From IMG/VR virus record IMGVR_UViG_3300024346_000009: DNA of 64,000 bases. One strand, given 5' to 3'. This document shows, piece after piece, positions 1-9,475 of this stretch. This stretch comes from a virus. The notes under the pieces are model-generated. The model was not told where the DNA came from. It made no database searches and worked only from the letters and a program-made list of their open reading frames with translations. A program made the translations under genes and the position numbers. Position 1 is the first letter of the stretch; the number at the start of each line of letters is the position of its first letter.

Positions 1-1
1 A

Positions 2-331
2 TTACCCCGATATGATAATGCTGTTGTTAATGGAGATAATTCTACAGGTAATCAATCTAACTACGCTATACGAAGAGAGTTTGCAATAGAGATGGATGAA
101 TCTCTTCTATTCTTATGTGATGGTGAGTTTTTCTATCGTTCATACTACCACTACGGTATGCCTATTATGATCAATGATATTTTAATATGTTTTAGAGAAC
201 ATTATGCATCGACGTACTTAATGCTTTTAAAACAAGAGCCCGTAACCCAGCTTGAGGTCAAAGAACGGCAGTATTGTGTAGATAAATTTAATAAACCCGT
301 GGAACATAAACTCGTATGCTACCTAAACTAA
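2..331 (+). CDS. glycosyltransferase family 2-like protein, C-terminal part (runs off window start)
   Basis: Frame open from position 2; GNQSNYAIRR..DESLLFLCDGEFFYR resembles the GT-A C-terminal region; adjacent to FkbM methyltransferase. Confidence 0.5.
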   Translation, partial: LPRYDNAVVNGDNSTGNQSNYAIRREFAIEMDESLLFLCDGEFFYRSYYHYGMPIMINDILICFREHYASTYLMLLKQEPVTQLEVKERQYCVDKFNKPVEHKLVCYLN

Positions 332-1053
332 TTCATAAAAACTTTACAAAGAGTAATACTAATTTTTTATTCTTTAATGCTGATGATGGCCTGTCAAATG
401 CTATGATCCGGGATGGGGGAGATTGGGAGGAGCATATTAAAGAAAAAAGTAGAGAGCTTCTTAAGGGGGTAGATCAACCTACAGTTCTTGACATAGGTGC
501 AAATCTTGGTGCCTATTGTATACCCATTGCAAAAGAAATACAGAGTAAGGGCGGTACGGTGCATGTATTTGAACCTCAAAGAATTGTGTATTACCAGTTG
601 TGTGCTAACATAGTCCTTAATAGATTAGATAATGTTTATGCTTTTAATCAAGCAGTGGGTGACTACGATGGTATGATTAACATTCCGGATATTAATTATG
701 AACATAACCCAAATATAGGGGCTTTTTCTTTCGTTAAACAATATCGAGATGCCCATGGTCTTGGACCATCCATGTCTGTAAATAATACCCAGGTACCTAT
801 CATTCAGCTTGATAGTTTGACGCTACCGACGCAGGTTGACCTCATTAAAATAGATGTTGAAGGGTTTGAGATAAATGTACTTCGTGGGTCTGCCGACTTC
901 TTAATGCGTAACGGGTACCCCCCTATCCTATTTGAAGTATGGAACTTCGAATGGTTTAAGGAAGGTAAGCAAGAGATCTTTGATTGGTTAGTAAGTGCTG
1001 GGTATGAAATTACCTCGTTAAATGGTATTGATCATCTAGCGAAACACCCATAA
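316..1053 (+). CDS. FkbM family SAM-dependent methyltransferase
   Basis: LDIGANLG, FEPQ, IKIDVEGFE motifs. Confidence 0.9.
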   Translation: MLPKLIHKNFTKSNTNFLFFNADDGLSNAMIRDGGDWEEHIKEKSRELLKGVDQPTVLDIGANLGAYCIPIAKEIQSKGGTVHVFEPQRIVYYQLCANIVLNRLDNVYAFNQAVGDYDGMINIPDINYEHNPNIGAFSFVKQYRDAHGLGPSMSVNNTQVPIIQLDSLTLPTQVDLIKIDVEGFEINVLRGSADFLMRNGYPPILFEVWNFEWFKEGKQEIFDWLVSAGYEITSLNGIDHLAKHP

Positions 1054-1106
1054 CTGTGGTACTACAGGAAGGATGAGCGTATAATATCTAATTATGAGAG
1101 GATTAT

Positions 1107-1778
1107 ATGAAATTTGGTAATGAAACTATTGCGCTACTAAAGAACTTTGCGTCTATTAATACGAACATCGTCTTTAAGCCTGGTGATAATGTGAGTACTA
1201 TATCTAATGCAAAGAATATCTTTGTAAAGGCTACCATTAAGGAAGCTATACCTAATGAGTTTGCGGTGTATGATTTAAACTCTATGCTAGCGATGCTCAC
1301 GCTAATGGATAACCAAGAGGTTGAGTTTAGTGATAAGTGTCTTGTAGTTACAAGCCCGATGGGTAAATTTGAATACTATTATTCTAATGCAGATATTGTA
1401 ACAGCGGCTCCTGCAGGGGAAATTGAACATACCGATGTTTATAAGTTTAAACTTACTGCTGAAGATGTTCAAATGATTATGAAAGCGGCTGCTATTACAG
1501 GAGCGCCTACTGTAACTGTATCCTGTAAGAATCAAGAAGTTACATTATCGGTTAGTGATCGTAAAAATGATACAGCTGCTAACTTTAAGAAGCAGATTGG
1601 AACCTCCTTTGAAAATTTTGATATCTTTATTGCAGTAGAGAACTTAAAAGTTATTCCTGATGCTTATGAGGTAACTGTAGCTAAGACTCCTAATGGTAAG
1701 GCAAAGTTCCTTCACTTTAAGCATGAATCAAAACAACTACAATACTGGATAGCCGCCGAACCTGGTTCAGTTGTTTAA
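1107..1778 (+). CDS. 45: sliding clamp gp45
   Basis: LKNFASIN N-terminus, YWIA C-terminus; 45-44-62-regA synteny. Confidence 0.95.
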   Translation: MKFGNETIALLKNFASINTNIVFKPGDNVSTISNAKNIFVKATIKEAIPNEFAVYDLNSMLAMLTLMDNQEVEFSDKCLVVTSPMGKFEYYYSNADIVTAAPAGEIEHTDVYKFKLTAEDVQMIMKAAAITGAPTVTVSCKNQEVTLSVSDRKNDTAANFKKQIGTSFENFDIFIAVENLKVIPDAYEVTVAKTPNGKAKFLHFKHESKQLQYWIAAEPGSVV

Positions 1779-1792
1779 CCTAGGATTACATT

Positions 1793-2725
1793 ATGAACGA
1801 ACACTTTCTCTTTGTTGAGAAGTATAGGCCGCGGACTATTAATGAGTGTATCTTACCTGAGGATCAAAAGCAGTTCTTTAATCAGCTAGTTGCAAAGGGT
1901 GAGATACAGAATATGCTTCTGTGTGGTACTGCTGGTACTGGTAAGACAACGGTAGCGAGAGCTTTATGTGAAGAGCTTAAGACTGATTATATTATCATCA
2001 ACGGATCGGAAGAGTCCGGTATCGATGTCCTTCGGACTAAGATTAAATCTTTTGCATCTACGGTATCCTTTACCGGCAACACCAAGGTTGTTATACTAGA
2101 TGAGGCTGACTACTTAAACCCTAATTCAACTCAACCTGCACTTCGTGGATTCATAGAAGAGTTTGCATCTAATTGCAGATTCATCTTAACGTGCAATTTT
2201 AAAAATCGTATCATACCGCCCTTGCATTCAAGGTGCGCTGTAATTGAGTTTAAGATTCCTAATGCTAGTAAGCCAACTATTGCTACAGATTTCTTTAGAC
2301 GAGTATGCAGTATATTGGATCAAGAACTTATACCTTTTGATCCGAAGGTAATTGCTAAAGTAGTACAAAAGCACTTCCCTGACTTCCGTAGAACTTTAAA
2401 TGAACTTCAGCGCTATTCTCAATCAGGATCTATTGATGAAGGTATTCTTGTTAGTGTAAGTGAAGCTAATATGAAAGACCTGGTCGATTCTATAAAAGAT
2501 AAAGACTGGAAGAAGATGAGGGGATGGGTTGTTAATAATTTAGATAATGACCCTGTATCTTTATTTCGTAAAATTTATGATACCTTTATTCCCCTAACTA
2601 ATCAGGTACCTCAGTTAGTACTTACAATTGCTGACTACCAATATAAATCTGCGTTTGTCTCTGACCAGGAAATTAACTTGGTAGCGTGTCTAACCGAAAT
2701 TATGGCAAGCGTGGAGATAAAATGA
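1793..2725 (+). CDS. 44: clamp loader large subunit gp44
   Basis: EKYRP, GTAGTGKT Walker A, DEAD, SRC motifs. Confidence 0.97.
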   Translation: MNEHFLFVEKYRPRTINECILPEDQKQFFNQLVAKGEIQNMLLCGTAGTGKTTVARALCEELKTDYIIINGSEESGIDVLRTKIKSFASTVSFTGNTKVVILDEADYLNPNSTQPALRGFIEEFASNCRFILTCNFKNRIIPPLHSRCAVIEFKIPNASKPTIATDFFRRVCSILDQELIPFDPKVIAKVVQKHFPDFRRTLNELQRYSQSGSIDEGILVSVSEANMKDLVDSIKDKDWKKMRGWVVNNLDNDPVSLFRKIYDTFIPLTNQVPQLVLTIADYQYKSAFVSDQEINLVACLTEIMASVEIK

Positions 2726-3012
2726 AGGATATATTACTAAATACATATGACTGGATATACGATGACTATTGCACTCATCCTCTTAGGTTCTGCATTGAGT
2801 TGCTTGCTTGGGCTATTAGTATTGGCTGTTCGATTACCATGGCTCTCACTGTCCCCAACCCGCCTTTACTTGCTTTGTACCCTGTTTGGATTGTCGGCTG
2901 CAGTCTCTATGCTTGGGCTGCTTATAGTAGGAAATCTTTTGGGATGCTGGCTAACTACCTGCTTCTGGTAACCATTGACTCGGTCGGCCTTACGAGGATG
3001 TTATGGACATAA
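2722..3012 (+). CDS. small membrane protein
   Basis: ATG overlaps gp44 stop; about three hydrophobic segments. Confidence 0.6.
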   Translation: MKDILLNTYDWIYDDYCTHPLRFCIELLAWAISIGCSITMALTVPNPPLLALYPVWIVGCSLYAWAAYSRKSFGMLANYLLLVTIDSVGLTRMLWT

Positions 3013-3473
3013 ATAAAGTTTTTGGTCAGGGAGTAGCGGAGGGTATCACTGAGGTGTATAAAGAGCCATCAATGTCTCCTTTTGATTTTATAAATGCAAT
3101 TACCTTTAATAAGAACGATTTAATCGTCGATGAATGGTCAGAAAAACAATACATTCCTTACATTATTAATAAGGGTCTATCGTATGGGGTCGATACAGTA
3201 ATTCCAGCTAATGAGATGAATGCGCGCCCACATATCGGTAAGAAACTCCAATTCCAATTTTTAATAAATAGTATTAGACCTAGAAAACGCTTTAACAAGT
3301 GGATAAAGGCTGAAAAGATTGAATCGATAGAAGTAATTAAGACATACTATGGCTATAGCACTGAGAAAGCCCGCCAGGTACTCCCCCTTCTTGATCAGTC
3401 AAAAATTGACTACTTAAAACAAAAATTAGAAAAAGGTGGGATTTATAATGTCAAACGAGTATTTCAAGATTGA
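3003..3473 (+). CDS. 62: clamp loader small subunit gp62
   Basis: YIPYIINKGLS, ANEMN, YYGYSTEKA; synteny. Confidence 0.93.
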   Translation: MDINKVFGQGVAEGITEVYKEPSMSPFDFINAITFNKNDLIVDEWSEKQYIPYIINKGLSYGVDTVIPANEMNARPHIGKKLQFQFLINSIRPRKRFNKWIKAEKIESIEVIKTYYGYSTEKARQVLPLLDQSKIDYLKQKLEKGGIYNVKRVFQD

Positions 3474-3879
3474 CCTACCAGGCTATACCCCCCTAGAAGT
3501 AACTCTTTCCCAACCTGATGACTTTCTTAAAGTGCGTGAGACACTTACCCGTATTGGTGTAGCATCTAGAAAAGATAAGATACTATATCAATCTTGCCAC
3601 ATATTGCATAAACAAGGGAAGTACTATATAGTACACTTCAAAGAATTGTTTGCACTTGATGGTAAGTCAACCGATCTTACAGAGAATGATATAGAACGTA
3701 GAAATACTATTACAAAATTATTATCTGATTGGGGTTTAGTAAAGGTGATCGATATAAATAATATGACGGAACAAGCACCTCTCTCGCAGATTAAAGTAAT
3801 TGCGTTTAAAGATAAAGGTGAATGGGACCTTCAGACAAAATATAATATTGGCAAGAAAAAGACCGAAAGTTCTTATTAA
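3448..3879 (+). CDS. regA: translational repressor RegA
   Basis: DDFLKVRETLTRIG, SCHILHKQG.YYIVHFKE. Confidence 0.97.
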   Translation: MSNEYFKIDLPGYTPLEVTLSQPDDFLKVRETLTRIGVASRKDKILYQSCHILHKQGKYYIVHFKELFALDGKSTDLTENDIERRNTITKLLSDWGLVKVIDINNMTEQAPLSQIKVIAFKDKGEWDLQTKYNIGKKKTESSY

Positions 3880-3898
3880 GTTGCCTATATAAAACGTA

Positions 3899-4015
3899 TC
3901 CCAGGGATGGGAACGTGAACGACTCCACTACCTTAGGGGCGTCTAAAGCCGGTATCACGTTAGGGTACCCCTGCAGTCGGTAAGCAGGATTTTATCGCTA
4001 TGCCTTCGGGGTAGC
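3899..4015 (+). promoter_or_regulatory. structured RNA leader upstream of the hsp20 operon
   Basis: GC-rich intergenic region with stems TCCCA/TGGGA, AACGTGA/TCACGTT, CCTGC/GCAGG and a cUUCGg hairpin. Confidence 0.55.
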
Positions 4016-4045
4016 AAATTTTAACTCGCTTAATAGGAGAACTAT

Positions 4046-4267
4046 ATGTTTTACGCAAACATGGCTATCGATTCAATTCAAGACGCCAAAATCACCTTCC
4101 TCAAACAAACAGTCCAGGAAGACACCCTTCAAAAATCTTTAATTGCTTTCGTTGAGGCACAACGTGTCTTTACAAAACAAATTGCTAAATCTGCTAGCGA
4201 TGTAATGAGCATTGCTTCAGAAACATTTGCTAACGCAATTACAGGTACTACAAAAAAGGGAGCTTAA
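4046..4267 (+). CDS. hypothetical helical protein
   Basis: AGGAG Shine-Dalgarno; directly upstream of hsp20. Confidence 0.7.
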   Translation: MFYANMAIDSIQDAKITFLKQTVQEDTLQKSLIAFVEAQRVFTKQIAKSASDVMSIASETFANAITGTTKKGA

Positions 4268-4268
4268 T

Positions 4269-4778
4269 ATGACAATACTTACAACTTTTGGCCCTGATTT
4301 TAAAGACGTGGGTAAATTTTTTGTTGGCTTTGATGACCAGTTTAATCGTCTTGCTAAAATTCACGAGGATATGTCAAAAAATATTCCTAACTATCCCCCT
4401 TATAATATTAAAAAGACAGGCGATAATACTTACGTTATTGAAGTAGCTCTTGCTGGGTTTTCTAAACAAGATATTGAAATTGAACTCAATGACGGTAAAG
4501 TGTTAATTAAGGGTAACGTCCAGTCAGATGATGCCGAGGATAATTTCTTGTTCAAAGGAATTGCTAACCGTGCCTTTACTCGTTCTTTTGCACTCGATGA
4601 TCAAATCGAGATACAAAATGCCGAAATGTTCAATGGTATGCTAAAGGTATTTCTTGAGCGTATTATTCCTGAACATAAAAAGCCCAAGAAGATCGAAGTT
4701 AAAGATACTTCAGAAGCTAAACCTAAAAAAACTAAACCACAACTACTTACAGAAGATCCACAAGATCGCGACATGTAA
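4269..4778 (+). CDS. hsp20: small heat shock protein Hsp20 (IbpA-like)
   Basis: NYPPYNI, ALAGF, GIANRAFTRSF, NGML alpha-crystallin motifs. Confidence 0.96.
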   Translation: MTILTTFGPDFKDVGKFFVGFDDQFNRLAKIHEDMSKNIPNYPPYNIKKTGDNTYVIEVALAGFSKQDIEIELNDGKVLIKGNVQSDDAEDNFLFKGIANRAFTRSFALDDQIEIQNAEMFNGMLKVFLERIIPEHKKPKKIEVKDTSEAKPKKTKPQLLTEDPQDRDM

Positions 4779-4783
4779 GATCT

Positions 4784-4804
4784 AAGCCCCCTCGGGGGCT
4801 TTTT
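4784..4804 (+). terminator. intrinsic terminator
   Basis: AAGCCCCC-TC-GGGGGCTT followed by T-run. Confidence 0.85.
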
Positions 4805-5115
4805 AATTTGTTCACAAGACAAGGAAAAACTATGTTAAGAAAATTAATAAATATCATGCACGAAGTTAGAAACGCATTACGAAAAGGTCGAGATAGATTA
4901 CCAAAAGGGTCATGATTATACTATCACTAATACCTGTTAGAAGAAAAAATTGGGTTATTAAAGCCAGTGTTTTTGATGATCAGATATTAGTGTTTTTTCA
5001 CAACCCGCTAACACTTGCATATTTCTTTAAAATATTTTATAATGAAGAGTGTGCTTTTAAATTTATAGAAGAAATTGTTGTAACATAATCTATGCGTAAA
5101 GAAGTAACGTAACAG

Positions 5116-5150
5116 TTGCATTTTTCTCGGCTGAGCATATAATATAAATA
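5116..5150 (+). promoter_or_regulatory. sigma70-like promoter overlapping a T4 late promoter
   Basis: TTGCAT-16-TATAAT, then TATAAATA. Confidence 0.6.
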
Positions 5151-5167
5151 TGAACAAAGGAGATAAT

Positions 5168-5500
5168 ATGAAAAAACTAATCGCAATTTCTATAGCGTTA
5201 CTGCTCTCAACTAGTGCTATTGCTCAGCATAACCATGGTGGTCATGGTAACTATAATCACGGCGGCCATAATCGTGGCGGTGGTAACTGGGCAGGTCCGT
5301 TGATTGGTGGTATAGTTCTGGGTACTATAATTTCTAATTCACAGAGGTCGGTAATTGTTGATCAGCAACCACATGTTGTTATTCAATCACAACCACCAAT
5401 ATACTCTCTACCTATGCAACAATACTATCAGTGTTTGGTTCAAATTAAAGATCCATTTACAGGTGTAATTCGGAATGAAGTCGCTACGTGCGTCAGATAA
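5168..5500 (+). CDS. secreted Gly/His-rich hypothetical protein
   Basis: Signal peptide MKKLIAISIALLLSTSAIA; AAGGAG SD. Confidence 0.7.
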   Translation: MKKLIAISIALLLSTSAIAQHNHGGHGNYNHGGHNRGGGNWAGPLIGGIVLGTIISNSQRSVIVDQQPHVVIQSQPPIYSLPMQQYYQCLVQIKDPFTGVIRNEVATCVR

Positions 5501-5504
5501 ACAT

Positions 5505-5581
5505 GGGCTGATAGCTTAGTGTCCTAAAGCAGCGGCCTCATAAGCCGTTGATCGTAGGTTAGAATCCTACTCGGTCTACCA
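5505..5581 (+). tRNA. tRNA-CAU (Ile2/Met type)
   Basis: Cloverleaf, anticodon arm GCGGC-CTCATAA-GCCGT, ends ACCA; T-loop TTAGAAT atypical. Confidence 0.85.
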
Positions 5582-5586
5582 TTATT

Positions 5587-5796
5587 ATGAAAACTTATAC
5601 TGCTGAAATTTTAGACGCCGAAGATGGATCCGGAGACGGTGTCCTTCAATTACCAGAAGACTTCTGTAAAGAAGATGACTGGCGCGAGGGAGATCGTATC
5701 CATATGGAAGTAATCGGCGAGGCCCTTAAACTAACAAATTTAGATAGGAATAGACGTGAAGGTATATTTGAGCAAATACCGCTACCACTGGATTAG
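5587..5796 (+). CDS. AbrB/MazE-like DNA-binding protein
   Basis: GDGVLQLPEDF..DWREGDRI pattern. Confidence 0.6.
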   Translation: MKTYTAEILDAEDGSGDGVLQLPEDFCKEDDWREGDRIHMEVIGEALKLTNLDRNRREGIFEQIPLPLD

Positions 5797-6364
5797 TCCA
5801 TATACGGTACTGGAAAAAGTTTTTTTCTGGCGTGAAATTGATTACGATGAACCTATCATTGATAAATGGTCGGATCGTCTAACACCTATTTGTCAAGGTA
5901 TTCAAAAAGTTCTTGACTTTATTCACCCTAAGATTAATTACGTTAAAATTGATGGATGGGATACTTGGAGTATGGACTATACTCTTTCGCATGTTGTGGT
6001 ACCGATGCTTAAACAGCTTAAGGTAACAAAACACGGCGCACCTTTTGTAGATGATGAAGATGTACCTGAAGAACTAAAGAGTACATCTGCACCTCCAAAG
6101 GAAAATGATTATGATACAGATGAAAATCATTTTAAGCGATGGGACTGGGCTCTTAATGAAATGATCTGGGCGTTCGAACAAAACCTAGATACTAACAGTG
6201 AGGAGAAGTTCTTTGATCATGCTGAATGGGATGAAAAGGAAAAAGACTTCGCAAAAAACCTTCATAAAATTAAAATTGATCAACCTGGGCTTAAAGCTCA
6301 TCAAGATCGTAAGGCAAACGGGTTCCGTTTATTTGGTAAATATTATTCAGGGCTTTGGGATTAA
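5756..6364 (+). CDS. conserved phage hypothetical protein
   Basis: 202 aa; DTWSMD.TL..RWDW.L.EMIWAF..GF.LFGKYY.LWD. Confidence 0.7.
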   Translation: MKVYLSKYRYHWISPYTVLEKVFFWREIDYDEPIIDKWSDRLTPICQGIQKVLDFIHPKINYVKIDGWDTWSMDYTLSHVVVPMLKQLKVTKHGAPFVDDEDVPEELKSTSAPPKENDYDTDENHFKRWDWALNEMIWAFEQNLDTNSEEKFFDHAEWDEKEKDFAKNLHKIKIDQPGLKAHQDRKANGFRLFGKYYSGLWD

Positions 6365-6366
6365 TT

Positions 6367-7110
6367 ATGAAAAGTGCTGTTGTTATTACTCCTACAACAG
6401 GGTCACCTGATGTGGTTGATGCTATTAATTCAGTTAAGTCACAAACATATAAGAATGTTGATCACTTAATTGTTGTAGACGGCAGTCAGTTTTCTCTCCG
6501 TACCGATCAAACATTCCGTGATGCAGGTATAATTTCTGCAAGGGATAAGCTGTACCGAACAGATCTTCCGTTTAATACCGGGGGTAGTGGGTATTACGGT
6601 CACCGGGTAATGGCCGCCTTCTCTCATCTAGTTAATTACGACTATGTTTTATTTCTCGACCAGGACAACTGGTATGATCCTAACCATGTAGAGTTATTAA
6701 TTGATGAGTGTGAAAAATATAATTTTGAGTGGTCATATAGTCTAAGAAAGATTTATGATAATAATAAGAATTATATTTGTGATGATAATTGCGAGTCTCT
6801 TGGTCGATGGCCAACATGGGTAAATGATAAAGGATTTCTTGTTGATTCAAGCTCATATTGCTTTACACAGAAGTTCATTCGTGTAGTAGGTCATGTATGG
6901 GATTATGGTTGGGGTGCTGATCGTAGGTTCTATACAATATTAAAAGATGAGGTTGGTCATAATAATTATGGTTGTACCGGTAGGCATACCCTTAACTATC
7001 GTCTTGGTGGTAATGAAGGTTCCGTGAACACAGAATTCTTTACTGAAGGTAATAAGAAAACTACTGAACAGTACCAGGGTTCATTTCCTTGGTCAACAAT
7101 TATAAAATGA
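6367..7110 (+). CDS. glycosyltransferase family 2
   Basis: VITPT..SV.SQTY..IVVDG, FLDQD DxD motif. Confidence 0.88.
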   Translation: MKSAVVITPTTGSPDVVDAINSVKSQTYKNVDHLIVVDGSQFSLRTDQTFRDAGIISARDKLYRTDLPFNTGGSGYYGHRVMAAFSHLVNYDYVLFLDQDNWYDPNHVELLIDECEKYNFEWSYSLRKIYDNNKNYICDDNCESLGRWPTWVNDKGFLVDSSSYCFTQKFIRVVGHVWDYGWGADRRFYTILKDEVGHNNYGCTGRHTLNYRLGGNEGSVNTEFFTEGNKKTTEQYQGSFPWSTIIK

Positions 7111-7197
7111 TAAGAAGATTTAAAGTTAATACTTTTTTAACTGGTAGTAAACGTAAATTTATTCCAGAAATTTTACCTGGAACTAATACACCAATAA

Positions 7198-7269
7198 CGC
7201 GGGGTAGCTCAGTAGTAGAGCGCTGGACTCATAATCCAGATGTCGGAGGTGCGAACCCTTCCCCCGCAT
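7198..7269 (+). tRNA. tRNA-Met(CAU), initiator-like, atypical
   Basis: CGCGGGG/CCCCGCA acceptor with C1:A72 mismatch; CTGGA-CTCATAA-TCCAG; no encoded CCA. Confidence 0.75.
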
Positions 7270-7303
7270 CCCTTAATCCTAACATTGTACTCGGCTACAA
7301 TTA

Positions 7304-8005
7304 ATGCGATTCTTTTTTCTGGTACTCGCACTACTAACGAGCAATGCGTTTGCTTTTAGCATGACCGCTCAAAGTTGGTTAGAGACCGATGATCAGGGCA
7401 ACCTGATTGAAGGTTCTAATATTACCGAGGTTCGATCAATTGCAAGCATTACCAAGTTAATGACGGTGATTGCTGTCTTGGACCTTAAACAAGACATGCA
7501 GGAAAAAATTGGTAAGTTTACCAGAGGTCAATTAGTTCAACTTGCTTTGGTTAAATCTGATAATGATGCTGCAAAAGCATTATGTGATAATTTTCCAGGA
7601 GGTCGTTTTGAGTGTATTCGTTTTATGAACGAAAAAGCAAACTATCTTGGAATGTATAGGACAAAGTTTATTGAGCCTACCGGGCTTAGTCCCATGAATA
7701 TCAGTACTGCTTTAGATCTTTTAAAGTTGGTATTTGAGGCCAGCCATTACCCCGAAATTGTTAGAGCCAGTCAAACCCCAGTCTTAAATATTCAGATTGG
7801 AAATAAGGTATTATCATATCGTAATACCAATCCTGTTATAGGTAAACGATATAACTTTATTGTCAGTAAGACAGGTTCCACTAATGCCGCGGGGAGTTGT
7901 ATTGTTGTGATGTTTGATACGGATGTTGGCCGCCGTATTGTAATCTTACTGGGTGCTAAAGCTGGTAAGAGATTACCTGAAGCAGAGTATATTGTTTATA
8001 ATTAA
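7304..8005 (+). CDS. D-alanyl-D-alanine carboxypeptidase (peptidase S11)
   Basis: Signal peptide; SITK, SDN and KTG motifs. Confidence 0.92.
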   Translation: MRFFFLVLALLTSNAFAFSMTAQSWLETDDQGNLIEGSNITEVRSIASITKLMTVIAVLDLKQDMQEKIGKFTRGQLVQLALVKSDNDAAKALCDNFPGGRFECIRFMNEKANYLGMYRTKFIEPTGLSPMNISTALDLLKLVFEASHYPEIVRASQTPVLNIQIGNKVLSYRNTNPVIGKRYNFIVSKTGSTNAAGSCIVVMFDTDVGRRIVILLGAKAGKRLPEAEYIVYN

Positions 8006-8712
8006 TTCCAGTACTTCGAAGAATCTAAATTATCCCAATACGCTTTATTGTTGCGGTTAATAAAATTATTGACTAAGTAAGTAGCCATACCAAAGTACCC
8101 CATCTTTTTAAACCTACGGGAATCTTGTCCGAAGTAGTGACTTACTATTCTAAACTTTCTAGGGCTGTACATTCGAGATAGAAAGTAGTCTTCAGACGTT
8201 ACAGTCTTTTCTGGAAACCCTCCAAACTCTTCAAACTTATCTCTACGAGTTAGCATGAAGGCACCAACAGCAAATGGTGAGAAGTATTTTAAAATGTGGT
8301 TGATGATATTAAAAAGAGTAAATCCAATGATAGCTCTCTTGTCATTATCATAGCATTTTATATTTAATCCAACAAGGTCTAAATTCTTAGATACTATTTC
8401 ATTAACAGCGTCTTTAATAACATTACCTTTAAAGAAACGAACATCAGCATCGATGAATAAGATATAGGGGGTTGTGACTAAGCGGGCACCATTATTTTTA
8501 GCAAAAGAAACAGGACCGCCTTCTATAACTTCTACATTTAAAGAATAACTATTTTCTTTTATAACTTGTCTAGTATTATCTGTAGAGCAGTCAGCAATTA
8601 TAATTCTTGTATCGCCTATGTCTTGAGAACGAAAAGAATTTAATAGATGAGAGATATAATCTTCTTCATTCTTGCAAGGTACAACGATAGTAATTTTATC
8701 CGATAGGCTCAT
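8002..8712 (-). CDS. glycosyltransferase family 2
   Basis: IVVPCKNEE, STDNT, FIDAD, SED motifs. Confidence 0.92.
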   Translation of the reverse strand: MSLSDKITIVVPCKNEEDYISHLLNSFRSQDIGDTRIIIADCSTDNTRQVIKENSYSLNVEVIEGGPVSFAKNNGARLVTTPYILFIDADVRFFKGNVIKDAVNEIVSKNLDLVGLNIKCYDNDKRAIIGFTLFNIINHILKYFSPFAVGAFMLTRRDKFEEFGGFPEKTVTSEDYFLSRMYSPRKFRIVSHYFGQDSRRFKKMGYFGMATYLVNNFINRNNKAYWDNLDSSKYWN

Positions 8713-9463
8713 CTGTTTCCTTCGTCCACGTAACAATCTCCCAGCGCCCATCCCAGTGTTCTACTAATGCAGTACAGGACTCTACCCAGTCACCATCGTT
8801 CATATACATTACACCGTCAATATCTTTTATTTCAGCATGATGTATATGGCCACAAATCACCCCGTCATATCCTCGCTTCTTACAATACCCAGCTAAGTTT
8901 TTTTCAAAGTGGAAAATAAAGTCTACTGCTCTCTTTACTTTTGTTTTGAGATATTGACTAAGACTAAAATACCCAAAGCCAAAGCGATGACGTATCCAAT
9001 TGAACTTGTTATTGAGCGATAAAACCACATCATATGCACGATCTCCTAAAAATGCTAACCAAGGGGCAAGTCTAGTAATACCATCAAACATGTCACCGTG
9101 TGTGACGAGATAATGTTTACCATCTGCACCAATATGTTCTATTTGATTGTGAATCTCTACTAGACCGAAACTAAAACCGTAAGGTATCATTGGTCGTAAA
9201 AATTCATCATGATTACCAGCAATATATATTACTCTGGTACCGCGCTTGGCGTGCCCCAGTACCCGTCTTACGACATTTGTATGAGACTGCTTCCAACGCC
9301 ATTTGTTTTGTTGTATACGCCAGGCGTCAATTATATCCCCTACCAGGTATAAAGTATCACAGGTATTATTTTTTAAAAAATTATTTAGTTTACCGGCTTT
9401 GCAATCATTAGTACCTAGATGAACGTCACTGATAAAGATGCTACGATACTTCTTTGAGTTCAT
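8696..9463 (-). CDS. LpxH-like UDP-2,3-diacylglucosamine diphosphatase / metallophosphoesterase
   Basis: SDVHLG, GDIID, GNHD, HGD, GHIH, NDGDWVES. Confidence 0.88.
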   Translation of the reverse strand: MNSKKYRSIFISDVHLGTNDCKAGKLNNFLKNNTCDTLYLVGDIIDAWRIQQNKWRWKQSHTNVVRRVLGHAKRGTRVIYIAGNHDEFLRPMIPYGFSFGLVEIHNQIEHIGADGKHYLVTHGDMFDGITRLAPWLAFLGDRAYDVVLSLNNKFNWIRHRFGFGYFSLSQYLKTKVKRAVDFIFHFEKNLAGYCKKRGYDGVICGHIHHAEIKDIDGVMYMNDGDWVESCTALVEHWDGRWEIVTWTKETDEPIG

Positions 9464-9475
9464 TAATTAATATCA

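Noticed and set aside
3899-3990. Known ribozyme or riboswitch (hammerhead, twister, pistol, c-di-GMP)
   Set aside because: Conserved core nucleotides not found by eye; kept only as an unclassified structured RNA
4252-4271. A_AAA_AAG near the end of ORF 4046-4267 as a frameshift into hsp20
   Set aside because: The -1 frame stops after four codons, hsp20 is in the +1 frame, and the sequence is explained as the AAGGGAG SD of hsp20
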